A DNA stretch of 64,000 nt from the sequence record KU686213.1. One strand, 5' to 3'. The notes under the pieces are model-generated. The model was not told the DNA's origin, ran no database searches, and worked only from the letters and a program-made list of their open reading frames with translations. Position 1 is the first letter of the stretch; every line of letters begins with the position of its first letter. A program made the position numbers and the translations under genes. Below are positions 44,676-60,616 of the stretch, one piece after another.

Positions 44676-45245
44676 ATGACTGTTGATGTAAACTATTGGA
44701 GTACTTTCTACTCATCAAATCACACTCTAGATTCCTCCAACTTCTGTAGGTTTGTATTAGAGTACTTTAAAAATCAGTCTTCACTACGCATCCTAGATGC
44801 TGGCTGTGGTAATGGTAGAGATAGCTATGCCCTATCCAAATTACACATAGTAACTGGTATAGATACTGCCGACTATGTTCCTGAGTCAACAGAGACTTGC
44901 TCATTTGAGACTGGAGATTTCTGCACACATGATAAAGATTCTTACGATATTGTGTATTCTAGATTTACTCTACACTCAATTACAGATGAGCAACAGGTAG
45001 AATTCATCAAGTCTATTGTAAATGCTGGGACTTTCTTATGCATTGAGTGTAGAAGTGATGGAGACATTGATACTGTAAGGGAGCATGGTGATGACCACTA
45101 TAGAAACTTTGTAAGCTTTGTTCGCCTTCAGAGTATATTGTTGGAGAATGGATTTATAGTGCATGTTGCTGAAGAAAGTAGGGGATTTGCACCATACAAA
45201 GCAGAAGATCCAGTTTGTGTACGATTCATTGCGGAGAAAAATTGA
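44676..45245 (+). CDS. Class I SAM-dependent methyltransferase
   Basis: ILDAGCGNGRD, VYSRFTLHSI. Confidence 0.88.
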   Translation: MTVDVNYWSTFYSSNHTLDSSNFCRFVLEYFKNQSSLRILDAGCGNGRDSYALSKLHIVTGIDTADYVPESTETCSFETGDFCTHDKDSYDIVYSRFTLHSITDEQQVEFIKSIVNAGTFLCIECRSDGDIDTVREHGDDHYRNFVSFVRLQSILLENGFIVHVAEESRGFAPYKAEDPVCVRFIAEKN

Positions 45246-45775
45246 TGGCAGGTTATCCTGAAAAAGCAGAAAAGCTAAACACCACACTACTCTGGACTCT
45301 CGATCTTCTTGAGACTAGAGGTATTGATAAGTGGTTTGTATCTTATGGTACTTTATTGGGTTTGATTCGTGATGGATCATGTATTGATGGTGATGATGAT
45401 GTAGACATCTGCATTGACAAAGATTGTTGGGATGATGTATATGATCCAATCAAAAAATTGAATAGACTCAATGAGCAGTATGTAAAAGAGAACATTATCA
45501 TCACCAAAAGAACTGCGACATACTCACAAGTAGATTTTTATTGCTGTGATGTAAATGAGCAAGGTGACTTCAATGATACATGGGAAGATGTTATTTGGAG
45601 TAGATGCTATAATGAGTCTGACAAAATTCCAACCATTGAGTTTCAGGGAAGACATTTGAATGTTCCTCATAATGCAATTGAAAAACTTTCTAAGCGTTAT
45701 GGTTCTACTTGGAATCAGAGAATCAAAAGAGGAACTGAAGCCGGAGATGGTTATCGTAAAATAAAAGTATTATGA
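45245..45775 (+). CDS. LicD-family nucleotidyl/phosphotransferase
   Basis: SYGTLLGLIRDG..I.GDDDVDI. Confidence 0.8.
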   Translation: MAGYPEKAEKLNTTLLWTLDLLETRGIDKWFVSYGTLLGLIRDGSCIDGDDDVDICIDKDCWDDVYDPIKKLNRLNEQYVKENIIITKRTATYSQVDFYCCDVNEQGDFNDTWEDVIWSRCYNESDKIPTIEFQGRHLNVPHNAIEKLSKRYGSTWNQRIKRGTEAGDGYRKIKVL

Positions 45776-46590
45776 AAAATGAAGTTATGAGACACGATCT
45801 AAAAGATACTACATTTATTATACCTCTACGCATTGAGAGTGGAGACAGAATGCGTAATGTAATTACTTCATTATGTTATATACTATCAAACTTTGATACT
45901 CATATCATTGTAAAGGAGGGTGATACATCTTCTATATTTCTTGAGGATGTTCTTCCGCAGGTAAAAGATTTCCTGGAAGTAGATGAGATTCCTAATCTAT
46001 TACATGTCTTTGAGGACACGAGTGCTTCTGAGTTCCATAGAACTAGGTATCTTAATGAGATGACTCATATGGCTACAACAAAGGTTGTGGTTAATTATGA
46101 TTGTGATATCATCCTTCCCGTGGAGTCCTACATAAAAGCACAGGCAATGATTATTGATGGACCTTCTGATGTGGTCTATCCATATGGATTCGGTAACTAT
46201 GCTAAAATGGTAACCGTAGATGATTCAATTGTCTCTGAATTCCTAACTGAAGGATTCAGTATTAATCTCCTAGAAAAAACTACAAAGCTAAACAATGCTC
46301 GTTTTGGTTTCTGTCAGTTCTTTGATAGAGAGGTTTACATCAGTGGTGGCGGGGAAAACGAAAAGTTCATTGCATATGCTCCTGAAGATGAAGAGAGGGC
46401 ATTTAGATTTATTACTTTGGGATATAAAGTAGATCGTATTGATCAATTTGTATATCACCTAGAGCATTCAAGGACACCCAATTCGTGGTATAATAATCCT
46501 CATATGCAGAACAATTTTGCCTTATGGGAAGTTTTACAGAAAATGGACAAGCATCAACTAATTGAGCACTACAACTTATACAATGGATAA
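45772..46590 (+). CDS. GT-A glycosyltransferase (GT2/GT7-like)
   Basis: FIIPLRI, NYDCD (DxD), GGENEKFIAYAPEDEER, YHLEH. Confidence 0.75.
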   Translation: MKNEVMRHDLKDTTFIIPLRIESGDRMRNVITSLCYILSNFDTHIIVKEGDTSSIFLEDVLPQVKDFLEVDEIPNLLHVFEDTSASEFHRTRYLNEMTHMATTKVVVNYDCDIILPVESYIKAQAMIIDGPSDVVYPYGFGNYAKMVTVDDSIVSEFLTEGFSINLLEKTTKLNNARFGFCQFFDREVYISGGGENEKFIAYAPEDEERAFRFITLGYKVDRIDQFVYHLEHSRTPNSWYNNPHMQNNFALWEVLQKMDKHQLIEHYNLYNG

Positions 46591-47410
46591 AAACAAAGCA
46601 ATCGGAAAACTACGAGGAATCCCTAGGATCTTCTACATAAATCTGGACGACCATACAGAACGTCGTCAGTATATGGAAGACCAGTTTGAATACTGGGGTA
46701 TTCCTGAGGACAACTATACGAGAGTTCCTGCCCACGATGGTAGGGGTGATAATGATTTGGGTGATGTCCTAAAAGGTAAGTATCCAGAGCTAATGACTTC
46801 CAGTGAAGTTGGATGTACCGTATCACACTTAAAGGCACTTAAGTACTGGGTTGATAACTATCCAGAGGAAGAGTATCTTGTGGTTATGGAAGATGATTGT
46901 GACATTTCAACAGCTGGCTACTGGGGCTTTACATGGAATGATTTTGCGCGTAAAGTACCTTATCACTTTGATGTAATTCAACTTGCCGTCATCAATCCCA
47001 TTGAGATTAATGTTAAGCTTCATCTGAGATTCGTCAATGACTTCTCAACTGCCTGCTATATTATCCGTAAGCATCACGCAGAGAAGTTAGTCAAACTTCA
47101 TTGTCGTGGTGATAAGTATAAGCTTGACCAGAACGTTAAGCCTCGTGCTGTTGCTGATGACTTAATCTACAACTCTGGTTTATCCTTTGCTATCCCCCTG
47201 TTCTTATATAAGATTGCTTTGGGTTCTAGCATCCATGATATTCACGTGAATACATTCCACAAAAGTAGTCATGATGGTCTATGGCAGTTCTGGAAAGAAC
47301 AAGCACCAACCATCCCAGATTGGTCACAGTTCTTTGAGTATGATCCATACTATGGGACACTTCCACCCAGCCTAGTTGCTAAACAAGCTATCGAAGACCA
47401 TAATAAATAA
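46583..47410 (+). CDS. Glycosyltransferase family 25
   Basis: YINLDDHTERR, EVGCTVSH, VMEDD, STACY. Confidence 0.8.
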   Translation: MDKNKAIGKLRGIPRIFYINLDDHTERRQYMEDQFEYWGIPEDNYTRVPAHDGRGDNDLGDVLKGKYPELMTSSEVGCTVSHLKALKYWVDNYPEEEYLVVMEDDCDISTAGYWGFTWNDFARKVPYHFDVIQLAVINPIEINVKLHLRFVNDFSTACYIIRKHHAEKLVKLHCRGDKYKLDQNVKPRAVADDLIYNSGLSFAIPLFLYKIALGSSIHDIHVNTFHKSSHDGLWQFWKEQAPTIPDWSQFFEYDPYYGTLPPSLVAKQAIEDHNK

Positions 47411-47448
47411 GGTAGCAGGAACTAAAAAAATACACTCTTCTTTATATT

Positions 47449-51648
<4,200 letters not shown>

Positions 51649-51682
51649 ATAAGATATATCAAAGTACTGATACCATTACATC

Positions 51683-53866
51683 ATGGCAGCCTTTAATTTT
51701 CCAGCAAACCCAAGTGTAGGGGACCAAGTAACCAATGGAGGAGTTACTTATACTTGGGATGGTTACAAATGGAACACCACAACCGCACCATTTAGTGTAG
51801 GTGCTACTGGTGCTACGGGTCCATTGGGGTTTGGTATCTATGCCTTTTGTAGGACTACATCTACTGGTGTCTTACTTCCAAATTATGGTAGTGGTATTTT
51901 AGGTGTAAACAGAGTATCAACGGGTGTTTATAGATATACACTTTCTCAACCATATAATAGCGCGGATTATATGGCTCAGGTTTCATTAGTATCCTCGGGT
52001 AATATTAATCCATCCGATTGGAATGTTATTGTTGAAAATATTACACCAACAACATTTGATGTATTCACATATAGAGCAAACAATACTCCAATCAACCTAG
52101 AACACGCCGTTACTGTATATGGTGTAGATGGTCCTACAGGTACTGGTAGTGCCTATCAGTCTTGGTTGGAAGTTGGTAACTTTGGAACAGAACAGGATTT
52201 CATCAATTCACTACAAGGTCCTACAGGAGGATCTGGTGGGCAAGGCAGCACTGGTGCTACTGGTCCCATTGGTCCCAATGGAGCCACTGGTCCCCAAGGT
52301 TTGGATGGAACATCCGTTGCTCTAAAAGGTACGGTTGATGATGCTAGTGACCTACCATCAATCCCAGGTACTGTTGAGGGTGATTTGTATGTTGTTCTTA
52401 ATACTGGTGGTGGTTTTAATGCTGGTGATGGTGCTGTAAAAAATGACCTAACCACAGGCACTCTGGCTGATTGGAGTAATGTAGGTCCTCTACAAGGTCC
52501 TCAAGGAAATATCGGTCCAATAGGCGCAACTGGTCCCATAGGTTCTACTGGTCCCCAAGGTATTCCTTCTACTGATGGTGGCTTCTTTGTTCTTTCAGGT
52601 GAGAGAAGCGGACCTCCCGCTCTTAATCAATTCTTTGCGTGGGGTAATGGAGACAGTGCTGATAATGGAGTTCAAATCCAGGAAGGATGTTTCCTTGATT
52701 ATGTTTCTATAACAGCAGAAAGACCATTTGGAACTATTCCAGTTGAAGTTACTGCCTATGTAAATGGATCTGCTACTATAGTTAAAGCTATTGGTACCAC
52801 TGGATCAAAAACATCAACATCATCTGGTAGCCCTGTTGAGATTTTCCCAGGAGATTATGTAAATATTAGATGTTCTCAAACTGGTAACAACTCAACTGCT
52901 GGCGGAACTGTTGGTGGTTGTGTGGGTTCACTACTATTCTCTACCGCAGGTGCGCGTGGTGCTACTGGAGAGCAAGGTCCTCCTGGTCCCCCTGATGGCG
53001 CTACTGGTGATACTGGTCCTGTAGGTCCTCTTGGTCCTGTTGGTCCTACTGGTCCTCTTGGTGCTACTGGTCCCGTTGGTCCTACTGGTATTGGTGCTCC
53101 TGGTCCTGATGGTCCCACTGGAGCTACTGGTCCTAATGGTCCTGCTGGTCCCGTTGGTACTGTTGTGTTGGGTACTGTTGCTGATATTGCTAGCCTGCCC
53201 CCATCTGCTAATGTTGGTGAAGGTTTTGTAGTAACTGCCGAAGCTAATGATGTATATGTTTGGAATGGTTCTTCCTGGAATAGTATTGGACCAGTTCAAG
53301 GTCCCGAAGGTCCTGCTGGTCCTGCTGGTCCTCAAGGTGCTACTGGTATTAAAGAGCAGTCTTATATCAAGTCAACATTCCTAACCGAGTCAACTGTAAA
53401 CTCATCAACAACATTCCAGTCATTCAACATACTCAATGATTCTGCTATCCTTGAAGCAGGTGGATATAGATATGCCGCAGAGATACCTGGAAGACAAGGT
53501 ATTGGTGCTGGTGGTATTATTGTCCCAGAAACTGGGATCTATATGATTACTGCCTCACTATACTTCACAACACCTAGTGTGCAGAGAGCTAGTATTGGAT
53601 TGAGATTTGCTATCGCAGAACTAGCAGATCCAGAAAATACAAATGCCGAGGGAGTTGCTTTACCAGAAACAGGAGCTATGGGATACATTAGATCTGGTTC
53701 AGGTCATAATGAAGCATCAGTCACCCTTACAACTATCGCTAGCTTGGAAGTAATTCCTGGTGTTAGGGAAGATCAGGTTCAAATACAGTTGGCTAGATTG
53801 GCTTCGAGTGGTACTGTTAGTGTAGAAGCTAATCGTAGTATTATTACCATTACAAAAATTGCCTAA
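51683..53866 (+). CDS. Collagen-like fibre protein, paralogous to the C-terminal half of 47449
   Basis: FPANPSVGD...YTWDG N-cap; GPXGAT triplets; [12 protein letters not shown]1q-like end. Confidence 0.8.
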   Translation: MAAFNFPANPSVGDQVTNGGVTYTWDGYKWNTTTAPFSVGATGATGPLGFGIYAFCRTTSTGVLLPNYGSGILGVNRVSTGVYRYTLSQPYNSADYMAQVSLVSSGNINPSDWNVIVENITPTTFDVFTYRANNTPINLEHAVTVYGVDGPTGTGSAYQSWLEVGNFGTEQDFINSLQGPTGGSGGQGSTGATGPIGPNGATGPQGLDGTSVALKGTVDDASDLPSIPGTVEGDLYVVLNTGGGFNAGDGAVKNDLTTGTLADWSNVGPLQGPQGNIGPIGATGPIGSTGPQGIPSTDGGFFVLSGERSGPPALNQFFAWGNGDSADNGVQIQEGCFLDYVSITAERPFGTIPVEVTAYVNGSATIVKAIGTTGSKTSTSSGSPVEIFPGDYVNIRCSQTGNNSTAGGTVGGCVGSLLFSTAGARGATGEQGPPGPPDGATGDTGPVGPLGPVGPTGPLGATGPVGPTGIGAPGPDGPTGATGPNGPAGPVGTVVLGTVADIASLPPSANVGEGFVVTAEANDVYVWNGSSWNSIGPVQGPEGPAGPAGPQGATGIKEQSYIKSTFLTESTVNSSTTFQSFNILNDSAILEAGGYRYAAEIPGRQGIGAGGIIVPETGIYMITASLYFTTPSVQRASIGLRFAIAELADPENTNAEGVALPETGAMGYIRSGSGHNEASVTLTTIASLEVIPGVREDQVQIQLARLASSGTVSVEANRSIITITKIA

Positions 53867-53892
53867 ATATTTTATGAAGAATAAAGTATGAT

Positions 53893-54483
53893 ATGGCTAT
53901 ACAAATACACCGAGGGATATTGGGGTCACATTCTCCTTTGATTTTATTCACGGGAAGAGCATCAGATGGAACCACTTCCGCTAATGGGACAAATAGAATA
54001 AATGGGATAAGCGTACAGTATAATACTGATGATGCAGACTATGTTGATGTTATTGATGATAGTTTGACCACTTCAAACAATCATACAACATTTGATGTGT
54101 ATAAAGTTCATTATAGTGAATGGTTGGATGTTGATGGTAATTCTTTTGGCTCTGCCGAGAATGTTGTTCAGTATATTGAGCAACAAATAACAGCATCCCA
54201 GGATCGGATTGCGTTTACTCAAGCAACAGCACACACACTTACTGGTATTCCAGAGACCGTCAGTGCTTCTGTTGGTGTTGCATTCACATATAATGCAAAC
54301 TACTACAATGGCGTTTCATACTTCTGGGATGAGGCATCTTTCCCATCTGGTGTGGAAGTTTCTCGTTATGATCGGAGGAGGATTAGTGGTATCGTCACAC
54401 AGACTGGTTCATATACAATCAACTTCCAAGTAGCAAATCACAATGGGACTGTCCCAACTAGCGTGATTGTTGATGTAACCTAA
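53893..54483 (+). CDS. Hypothetical structural protein with Ig-like C-terminus
   Basis: FPSGVEVS...ISGIVTQTGSYTINF resembles putative Ig (He_PIG) repeats. Confidence 0.5.
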   Translation: MAIQIHRGILGSHSPLILFTGRASDGTTSANGTNRINGISVQYNTDDADYVDVIDDSLTTSNNHTTFDVYKVHYSEWLDVDGNSFGSAENVVQYIEQQITASQDRIAFTQATAHTLTGIPETVSASVGVAFTYNANYYNGVSYFWDEASFPSGVEVSRYDRRRISGIVTQTGSYTINFQVANHNGTVPTSVIVDVT

Positions 54484-54526
54484 AAGATATGCTATAATAT
54501 CCAGGTACTTAACAAAAGATCATATT

Positions 54527-54643
54527 ATGTTCGGTTTTACTCCTGAAGCAGAAATCCTTAATGCTCGTCTAGCAATGCTAGGTTTCGTCATCGCAGTCGG
54601 AACCTACGCAGTGACCGGTCAAATTATCCCCGGCGTATTTTAA
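54527..54643 (+). CDS. hli: High-light-inducible protein (38 aa)
   Basis: MFGFTPEAEILNARLAMLGFVIAVGTYAVTGQIIPGVF; AExxNxRxAMLG motif; TGCTATAAT upstream. Confidence 0.95.
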   Translation: MFGFTPEAEILNARLAMLGFVIAVGTYAVTGQIIPGVF

Positions 54644-54683
54644 AGACTAAATAACAACAGGATATTCAACCTGTTGTTTTTTT

Positions 54684-55043
54684 ATGGCTAATTATATTGG
54701 AAAACCAGACGGAACTGTTTGGAGAGAGTTGAAAGACGGATCACTAAAAGAGATCAAAGGATACTTAAACAAAGGTTATAGACATTTTGATAAGTGCCTT
54801 GGTAAAAACAAAGTGAGAAAGTGTGAGTCATTCCACCGCCTAATTGCGGAACAACTCTTACCAAACCCAGACAATCTACCTGTTGTAGATCATATCAATA
54901 GGGATAAGACAGACAACAGATTAGAAAATCTCCGTTGGGCTACTAGAAGCGACAACTGGTACAACTTTGAACTGTCTATTGAAAAGTGTATTGAAACCTT
55001 GGAGAGGGCAGGTTATACCGTTGTAGCACCCAATACAGTCTAA
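54684..55043 (+). CDS. HNH endonuclease (HNH_3-type, free-standing)
   Basis: HRLIAEQLLPNP...VVDHINRDKTDNRLENLRW. Confidence 0.9.
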   Translation: MANYIGKPDGTVWRELKDGSLKEIKGYLNKGYRHFDKCLGKNKVRKCESFHRLIAEQLLPNPDNLPVVDHINRDKTDNRLENLRWATRSDNWYNFELSIEKCIETLERAGYTVVAPNTV

Positions 55044-55103
55044 AAAAAACTAAATAGATATAATAAGAGGGATGTATACCCTCTTTTTTTGTAGGGAAAA
55101 ATA

Positions 55104-55280
55104 ATGGTCTTATTGCTTTGCTTCTTACCCCTTATAATAATCTTTATATTAATGAAGTTTATTTTATTGGTAGAAGAGTCCCATAAAGAAATTACCTATG
55201 TACGACAAGAACCAACCAGAGAACGAACATTTTTGGAAAACGTCTATGAAGACCTTGATGGCGAGGAAGATTGTGATTGA
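55104..55280 (+). CDS. Small membrane protein
   Basis: Read by eye: MVLLLCFLPLIIIFILMKF...ENVYEDLDGEEDCD. Confidence 0.5.
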   Translation: MVLLLCFLPLIIIFILMKFILLVEESHKEITYVRQEPTRERTFLENVYEDLDGEEDCD

Positions 55281-55404
55281 TATTGAGGAGAAACTCCCAG
55301 GTCTCCTTGATGAGTGGTACCGTGAGCACGGACTAGATACTCCACCGTGGAGACAAAATAAGCCATACTTTGATGATGATGGAAACATCATCAGACCTGA
55401 TTAG
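55258..55404 (+). CDS. Small hypothetical (start uncertain: 55198, 55258 or GTG 55273)
   Basis: LDEWYREHGLDTPPWR motif. Confidence 0.45.
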   Translation: MARKIVIDIEEKLPGLLDEWYREHGLDTPPWRQNKPYFDDDGNIIRPD

Positions 55405-55440
55405 ATATAAATATCTCTGAAGAGAAGATTATATCTTACA

Positions 55441-56994
55441 ATGTCTCAAATTATATTCCCGAGTAACCCATCAGTTGGTGAATTTTATAATGTGGGTGAT
55501 GTTACATATAAGTGGGATGGATCTAAATGGATCTCTACCAGCGTAGCCCCAGTAAATATTGGAGCAACTGGACCATCTGGTCCTGCTGGACCTACTGGAG
55601 CTACAGGATCAACTGTTGTTGATGGTAGTGATATCTCTGCTGGTGTAGTGACCGCAACAGAATTTGACGGTAATCTCAGTGGAAATGTCGCTGGCGATAC
55701 TACTGGTATCCATAATGGGGATGTATATGCTAGAGATGGATCTAAAATTATATTAGAAACTGCTATTAATAATGGTGATACAGCACACTATACAGGCACA
55801 GTAACTGGCGACGTAACTGGAGATACAACAGGAACACATTACGGAACCAATACCGGTCAGCAGCACGGAGATGTGTACACCAATGACGGTGGTCAGCAAG
55901 TCATAGATACTGCTGCTATTCCATCTCCCCTATTCAAAGGTGATGCGGAAGGTTTAGATGGTGACCCAAATATACAAGTAACTAACCTAACAGTAGTTGG
56001 CTTAACTAATGTTGGCGTTGTAACTGCTGCCGAAATAACTACAGATGATCTTAATGCTGATAGTGTAATTGCTGGGTTTGTTACATCAGTAAACTCATAT
56101 ACTAGTGGAATCGCTACTGCTGGAAAGTTTTATGGTGATGGTTCAAACCTAACTGGAATAGCAACACAGTCTGGTGCTACTGGAGCCACTGGTCCCCAAG
56201 GTTCTCAAGGTGCTACTGGTATTCCTGGTCCTTTTGGTCCATATGGAATCACAGGAGCTACTGGTGCAACTGGTGTTGATGGTCCTGTTGGTTCTACTGG
56301 AGCCACAGGTGATCCTGGTTTAGCTGCTATGTGCTTCACATATAGGTATGATAGTGATACTGATACTAACGATGAGCCATTGAGTGGTCGCATCAGCTTC
56401 AACAATTCAAACCCAGAAAATGCAACTGTTATTGCGATCAATGATACTAATGGAGATGCTGTTGATATCTCAAACTTCTTTGGTCTATTTGGTGCTGGAT
56501 CTAAAGTTTATATTCAAGAGGAGAGAGATGCTAGTAGCTTTATTCTTCTCACACTAAACGCAGGAGCTTCTGATCAAGGTGGTTGGTATAAGTTCACCAA
56601 CTTTACAGTCAACATATCTGGTAATGTTACCTTTACTAACCTCAATAAGTTGATGGTTTGTGTTCAGCCACAAGGTCCAGCTGGTCCAACGGGCGCAACG
56701 GGTCTTACTGGAGCTGGAACTTCGGCAACATCATTCCAGTGGAACGATCATATCATCCCAGATTCAACGGAGTCTTATGATATAGGTTCAGCAGAATATA
56801 AAGTTCGCCACCTATTTTTAAGTGATAACTCTGTTTATACTGATAGTGGGGAGGTTAGAGTTGGCTTCTCAACCCAAGTTGGAACATCAACCAAGATGCT
56901 AAAAGGAACAAAACTACAAGAGATTGTGGCTAATTCTGTTGACTTCGCAGACTTTAAAGTTAAGATGGCTTCGGAGGATTTTGGTTCCTTATGA
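55441..56994 (+). CDS. Fibre protein with short collagen segments
   Basis: FPSNPSVGE...YKWDG N-cap; GATG triplets; [25 protein letters not shown]; late promoter at 55406. Confidence 0.75.
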   Translation: MSQIIFPSNPSVGEFYNVGDVTYKWDGSKWISTSVAPVNIGATGPSGPAGPTGATGSTVVDGSDISAGVVTATEFDGNLSGNVAGDTTGIHNGDVYARDGSKIILETAINNGDTAHYTGTVTGDVTGDTTGTHYGTNTGQQHGDVYTNDGGQQVIDTAAIPSPLFKGDAEGLDGDPNIQVTNLTVVGLTNVGVVTAAEITTDDLNADSVIAGFVTSVNSYTSGIATAGKFYGDGSNLTGIATQSGATGATGPQGSQGATGIPGPFGPYGITGATGATGVDGPVGSTGATGDPGLAAMCFTYRYDSDTDTNDEPLSGRISFNNSNPENATVIAINDTNGDAVDISNFFGLFGAGSKVYIQEERDASSFILLTLNAGASDQGGWYKFTNFTVNISGNVTFTNLNKLMVCVQPQGPAGPTGATGLTGAGTSATSFQWNDHIIPDSTESYDIGSAEYKVRHLFLSDNSVYTDSGEVRVGFSTQVGTSTKMLKGTKLQEIVANSVDFADFKVKMASEDFGSL

Positions 56995-57038
56995 ATGGAG
57001 TATAAATAACCTTAGGGAATCCATAGTATTATTACAAG

Positions 57039-60000
57039 ATGGCTTACAAGATTAATGGCGTCATTCGCTTAGCAGATAACGGAGACGCAAATTTAGGTTT
57101 AGTAACCGCAACCAATATTAACTCCACTGGTGTAGCCACGGCTACGGAGTTTGATGGTAAGGTATCAAAGAAGGCTATAACCGAGCAGACCGAAGGTGAT
57201 GATTCTAATGTTACTGGTGCCGATGAACTTCTAATTTATGATCAACAGACCGATTCCCTATTAAGAGTGTCTGTTGATGATTTTATTAGTGCGTCTGGTA
57301 TTGGTACTTTAGTTAATGATTTTAATCATATTGATAGTGACTCACTAGTCGTAACTGGACTATCAACTATTGGTGGAGTTGAGATTGGTGCTGGTATTAT
57401 TACAGCATCTGCAGGGGTTGGAGTTGTAACATTCTATGGTGATGGTAGTAATTTAGAAGGAGTTATTACTACACCTTCCATTGTTTCTACCACAGAGCCA
57501 ACCACTAGACCCAATGGTGATGACCTAGAACAGGGTGACCTATGGTTCTCTAGTGCTGCTGGCGAAGGGCAATTAAGACAATATACTTATTATAATGGTG
57601 CTTGGATTGATTCCAACCCAATGAATGGTGGTACTTCTGTATATGCTGCAGTAGCTGGTGTATCTACTAATGTAAATGGAACTGGAATTGTAACTGCTAG
57701 CCAAGGTAATTTTAGTGGTATTGTAACTGCAGGTTCTTTTATTGGCGATGGGTCAGGTCTAACTGGTTTAGGTGATTTGACTGGAGCCACTGGTGCAACT
57801 GGTGCAGATTCAATTGTTCCAGGTCCCCAAGGTTCTACTGGTGCTACTGGTCCTAAAGGTGATCAAGGTGATGCAGTAATTGGAGCCACTGGATCCACTG
57901 GTCCCCAAGGAGATATTGGTGCTTCTGGTGCTACTGGTCCTAAAGGAGACCAAGGTGATGCCGTAATTGGTGCTACTGGCGCTACTGGAGAAGTAGGTCC
58001 TGATGGTGCTTCTGGTGCTACTGGTCCTAAAGGTGACCAAGGTGATGCAATTATTGGTGCTACTGGCGCTACTGGTGACCAAGGTGATGAGGGTCCTGTA
58101 GGAGCTTCTGGTGCTACTGGTCCCAAAGGTGACCAAGGTGATGCAATTATTGGTGCTACTGGCGCTACTGGTGACCAAGGTGATGAGGGTCCTGTAGGAG
58201 CTTCTGGTGCTACTGGTCCCAAAGGTGACCAAGGTGATGCAGTAATCGGTGCTACCGGTCCTCAAGGTGATATTGGTGCCTCTGGTGCAACTGGTCCTCA
58301 AGGTGATATTGGTGCCTCTGGTGCTACTGGTCCTAAAGGAGACCCAGGTTCTGCTGGGGTTTCTGCTACATTAACAGCAGGTACATATCTATCCGGTGAT
58401 TCATATAACGGCAGCACTAGTAGAACTTGGACAGTAGATGCTACTTCATCAAATACTGCGTCTAAAGTTGTTGCTAGAGATGCTAGTGGTAATTCTAGTT
58501 TTAAGAAAATAACAGTAGATACTGATTCCGATACTGATGGACAGGTAGCTGCACATTTCTATGGTGCGAATGGGTCTACGAATCGCGGTCTTGAAGTACG
58601 CCTTTCTTCGGCGGGTTCTATAGATAATGCTAAGGTTATTTTAGATGCCAAACAAGCTGCAGATGGTGAACTTTGGATTGCTACTAGGGGTGTAGAAAGA
58701 GCTGCATTTGATAGTGGATCTTTTAAAATGGGTGCGAATGTTGGCACTTCGCCAGAAGTTCTGATTAATAGCTCTGGTGATGCCACCTTCGCTGGCGATA
58801 TCACCGCAGCTAGTTTTAGTGGTGATGGTTCTGGTCTAACCAACCTACCTGGTGGTGGTAGTCCCGGAGATCCTTCTGCTGCTTCTGCTGATAAACTAAC
58901 AACATCTAGAACCTTATGGGGTCAAAGCTTTGATGGTACTGCTAATGTATCAGGTAATCTTACTGGTGTGACCAATATTACCTTATCAGGTACTGTTGAT
59001 GGTCGTAATGTATTGGATGATGGTCAAGCTGGTGATAACCTAATAACATTAAGTGGTGTTGCTCGCGATGCTACTAATCTAGGAACCTTCACAGGCGCTA
59101 CTATTTCTGATAATGACACCATTAAAGGAGCTTTACAAGACCTAGAGACCGCATTGGAATCAACTCCAGGCTCTCCCAGCGGTCCTACTGGTGGTGAGGC
59201 AGATAGTCTATTGCTAGCAGCACGTAATAGTACCAATGCAACTCACTATCTAACATTCGCAACCGCACGGACTGGACAGCAGTCTCAATATACTGATACT
59301 GGATTAACATATAACCCAAGCACAAATACTCTTAGTGCAACATTTAGTGGTAATGGTTCTAGTCTAACTTCACTCAATGCATCTAATCTTGGTTCTGGAA
59401 CCATTCCCAACGATAGATTCCCTGCTGTATTACCAACAGTTAGTGGAGAAAATCTAACTAACTTACCTGGTAGTGGATCCCCAGGCGCTCCTGGTGCCGC
59501 TACGATTGCAGTAACTGACGAATCATCTGACACAGAAAACTTCCTAGTATTCACTAATGATGCTGTAGGTAATGAGCTTCCAAAGACTGGAAGTAATTTA
59601 ACATTTAATGCATCTACAGGACGGCTAACAGCCACTAGCTTTAGTGGTAATGGTTCTAGTCTAACTTCACTCAATGCATCTAATCTTAGTTCTGGAACCA
59701 TTCCCAACGATAGATTCCCTGCTATATTACCAGTAGCTGATGGTTCTAACTTAACTAACATTAGTCGTTCTGACGTATCAACTAGTGTACAAGTAATTAC
59801 AAATAATACTGCTAACGAAACTGTATTTATTACCTTTTCTGACGGTCAATCAGGAACCCAAAGAATAGAAACTGATGTCGATCTTACTTACAATCCTTCG
59901 ACAAATACTCTCAGTGCAACATTCTCTGGTAATGGTTCTAATCTAACTAACCTAACTTCAGGTAACCTAGTGGGTGCTTTGCCTGCTATTGATGGTTCTT

Positions 60001-60173
60001 CTCTTACTGGAATTAATGCAGCAAAGGATGGTATATTCTACGAAAACGGCACAAATGTTACGCAGAATTATACAATCACTTCAGGCAAAAATGCTATGAG
60101 TGCTGGTCCAATCACTATTAATACCGGAGTAACCGTAACAGTTCCTACTGGATCTGAGTGGACAGTTGTGTAA
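57039..60173 (+). CDS. Long fibre protein with collagen repeats
   Basis: Late promoter at 57001; [12 protein letters not shown] repeats; C-terminal FYEN...[17 protein letters not shown]...GSEWTVV. Confidence 0.8.
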   Translation: MAYKINGVIRLADNGDANLGLVTATNINSTGVATATEFDGKVSKKAITEQTEGDDSNVTGADELLIYDQQTDSLLRVSVDDFISASGIGTLVNDFNHIDSDSLVVTGLSTIGGVEIGAGIITASAGVGVVTFYGDGSNLEGVITTPSIVSTTEPTTRPNGDDLEQGDLWFSSAAGEGQLRQYTYYNGAWIDSNPMNGGTSVYAAVAGVSTNVNGTGIVTASQGNFSGIVTAGSFIGDGSGLTGLGDLTGATGATGADSIVPGPQGSTGATGPKGDQGDAVIGATGSTGPQGDIGASGATGPKGDQGDAVIGATGATGEVGPDGASGATGPKGDQGDAIIGATGATGDQGDEGPVGASGATGPKGDQGDAIIGATGATGDQGDEGPVGASGATGPKGDQGDAVIGATGPQGDIGASGATGPQGDIGASGATGPKGDPGSAGVSATLTAGTYLSGDSYNGSTSRTWTVDATSSNTASKVVARDASGNSSFKKITVDTDSDTDGQVAAHFYGANGSTNRGLEVRLSSAGSIDNAKVILDAKQAADGELWIATRGVERAAFDSGSFKMGANVGTSPEVLINSSGDATFAGDITAASFSGDGSGLTNLPGGGSPGDPSAASADKLTTSRTLWGQSFDGTANVSGNLTGVTNITLSGTVDGRNVLDDGQAGDNLITLSGVARDATNLGTFTGATISDNDTIKGALQDLETALESTPGSPSGPTGGEADSLLLAARNSTNATHYLTFATARTGQQSQYTDTGLTYNPSTNTLSATFSGNGSSLTSLNASNLGSGTIPNDRFPAVLPTVSGENLTNLPGSGSPGAPGAATIAVTDESSDTENFLVFTNDAVGNELPKTGSNLTFNASTGRLTATSFSGNGSSLTSLNASNLSSGTIPNDRFPAILPVADGSNLTNISRSDVSTSVQVITNNTANETVFITFSDGQSGTQRIETDVDLTYNPSTNTLSATFSGNGSNLTNLTSGNLVGALPAIDGSSLTGINAAKDGIFYENGTNVTQNYTITSGKNAMSAGPITINTGVTVTVPTGSEWTVV
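57841..58340 (+). repeat. Collagen-like tandem repeats including near-exact 81-nt duplications
   Basis: [32 protein letters not shown] repeated. Confidence 0.85.
59343..59730 (+). repeat. About 90-bp direct repeat (59343-59433 and 59640-59730)
   Basis: [16 protein letters not shown](G/S)[11 protein letters not shown] duplicated almost exactly. Confidence 0.9.
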
Positions 60174-60218
60174 TTTATGATATACTATATACTTTATAAT
60201 TGAAGTATAATCATTACA

Positions 60219-60392
60219 ATGAACAAGGACAGACGATTTTTCGTCGAAATACAAGAAGACGTTGCCTCTGGTGACCTTATTGTTAGTATTCCCCCAGAAA
60301 TCCTCAACGAGTATTGCTGGTATGAGGGTGCTGAGTTAGAATGGGCACTGGAGGGTGACGAAGTGATCCTCCGCGAATCAACTAATGACTGA
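60219..60392 (+). CDS. AbrB/SpoVT-like small DNA-binding protein
   Basis: Read by eye: FVEIQED...GDLIVSIPPEILNEYCWYEGAELEW...VILR swapped-hairpin pattern. Confidence 0.55.
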   Translation: MNKDRRFFVEIQEDVASGDLIVSIPPEILNEYCWYEGAELEWALEGDEVILRESTND

Positions 60393-60570
60393 TACAATCT
60401 ATCACATTTACATGAACAACACTTGTATTCGGGCTTGCCTAAGTGAGTCTGAATTCAAAAAGGAAATGGTCGGCATCAAAACATATTTGGAGTTGACCAA
60501 TCACAGTAAAGATGCTACACTTGAATACGTAGAGTGCGAAGCGCCTACTTATACAGATGCTTCGTACTAA
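60385..60570 (+). CDS. Conserved small hypothetical
   Basis: IYHIYMNNTCI..CLSESEF...ASY pattern. Confidence 0.55.
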   Translation: MTDTIYHIYMNNTCIRACLSESEFKKEMVGIKTYLELTNHSKDATLEYVECEAPTYTDASY

Positions 60571-60616
60571 CTACAGTACTAGTATTAATTGAAACGTTTC
60601 ATTATTATCGAATATT

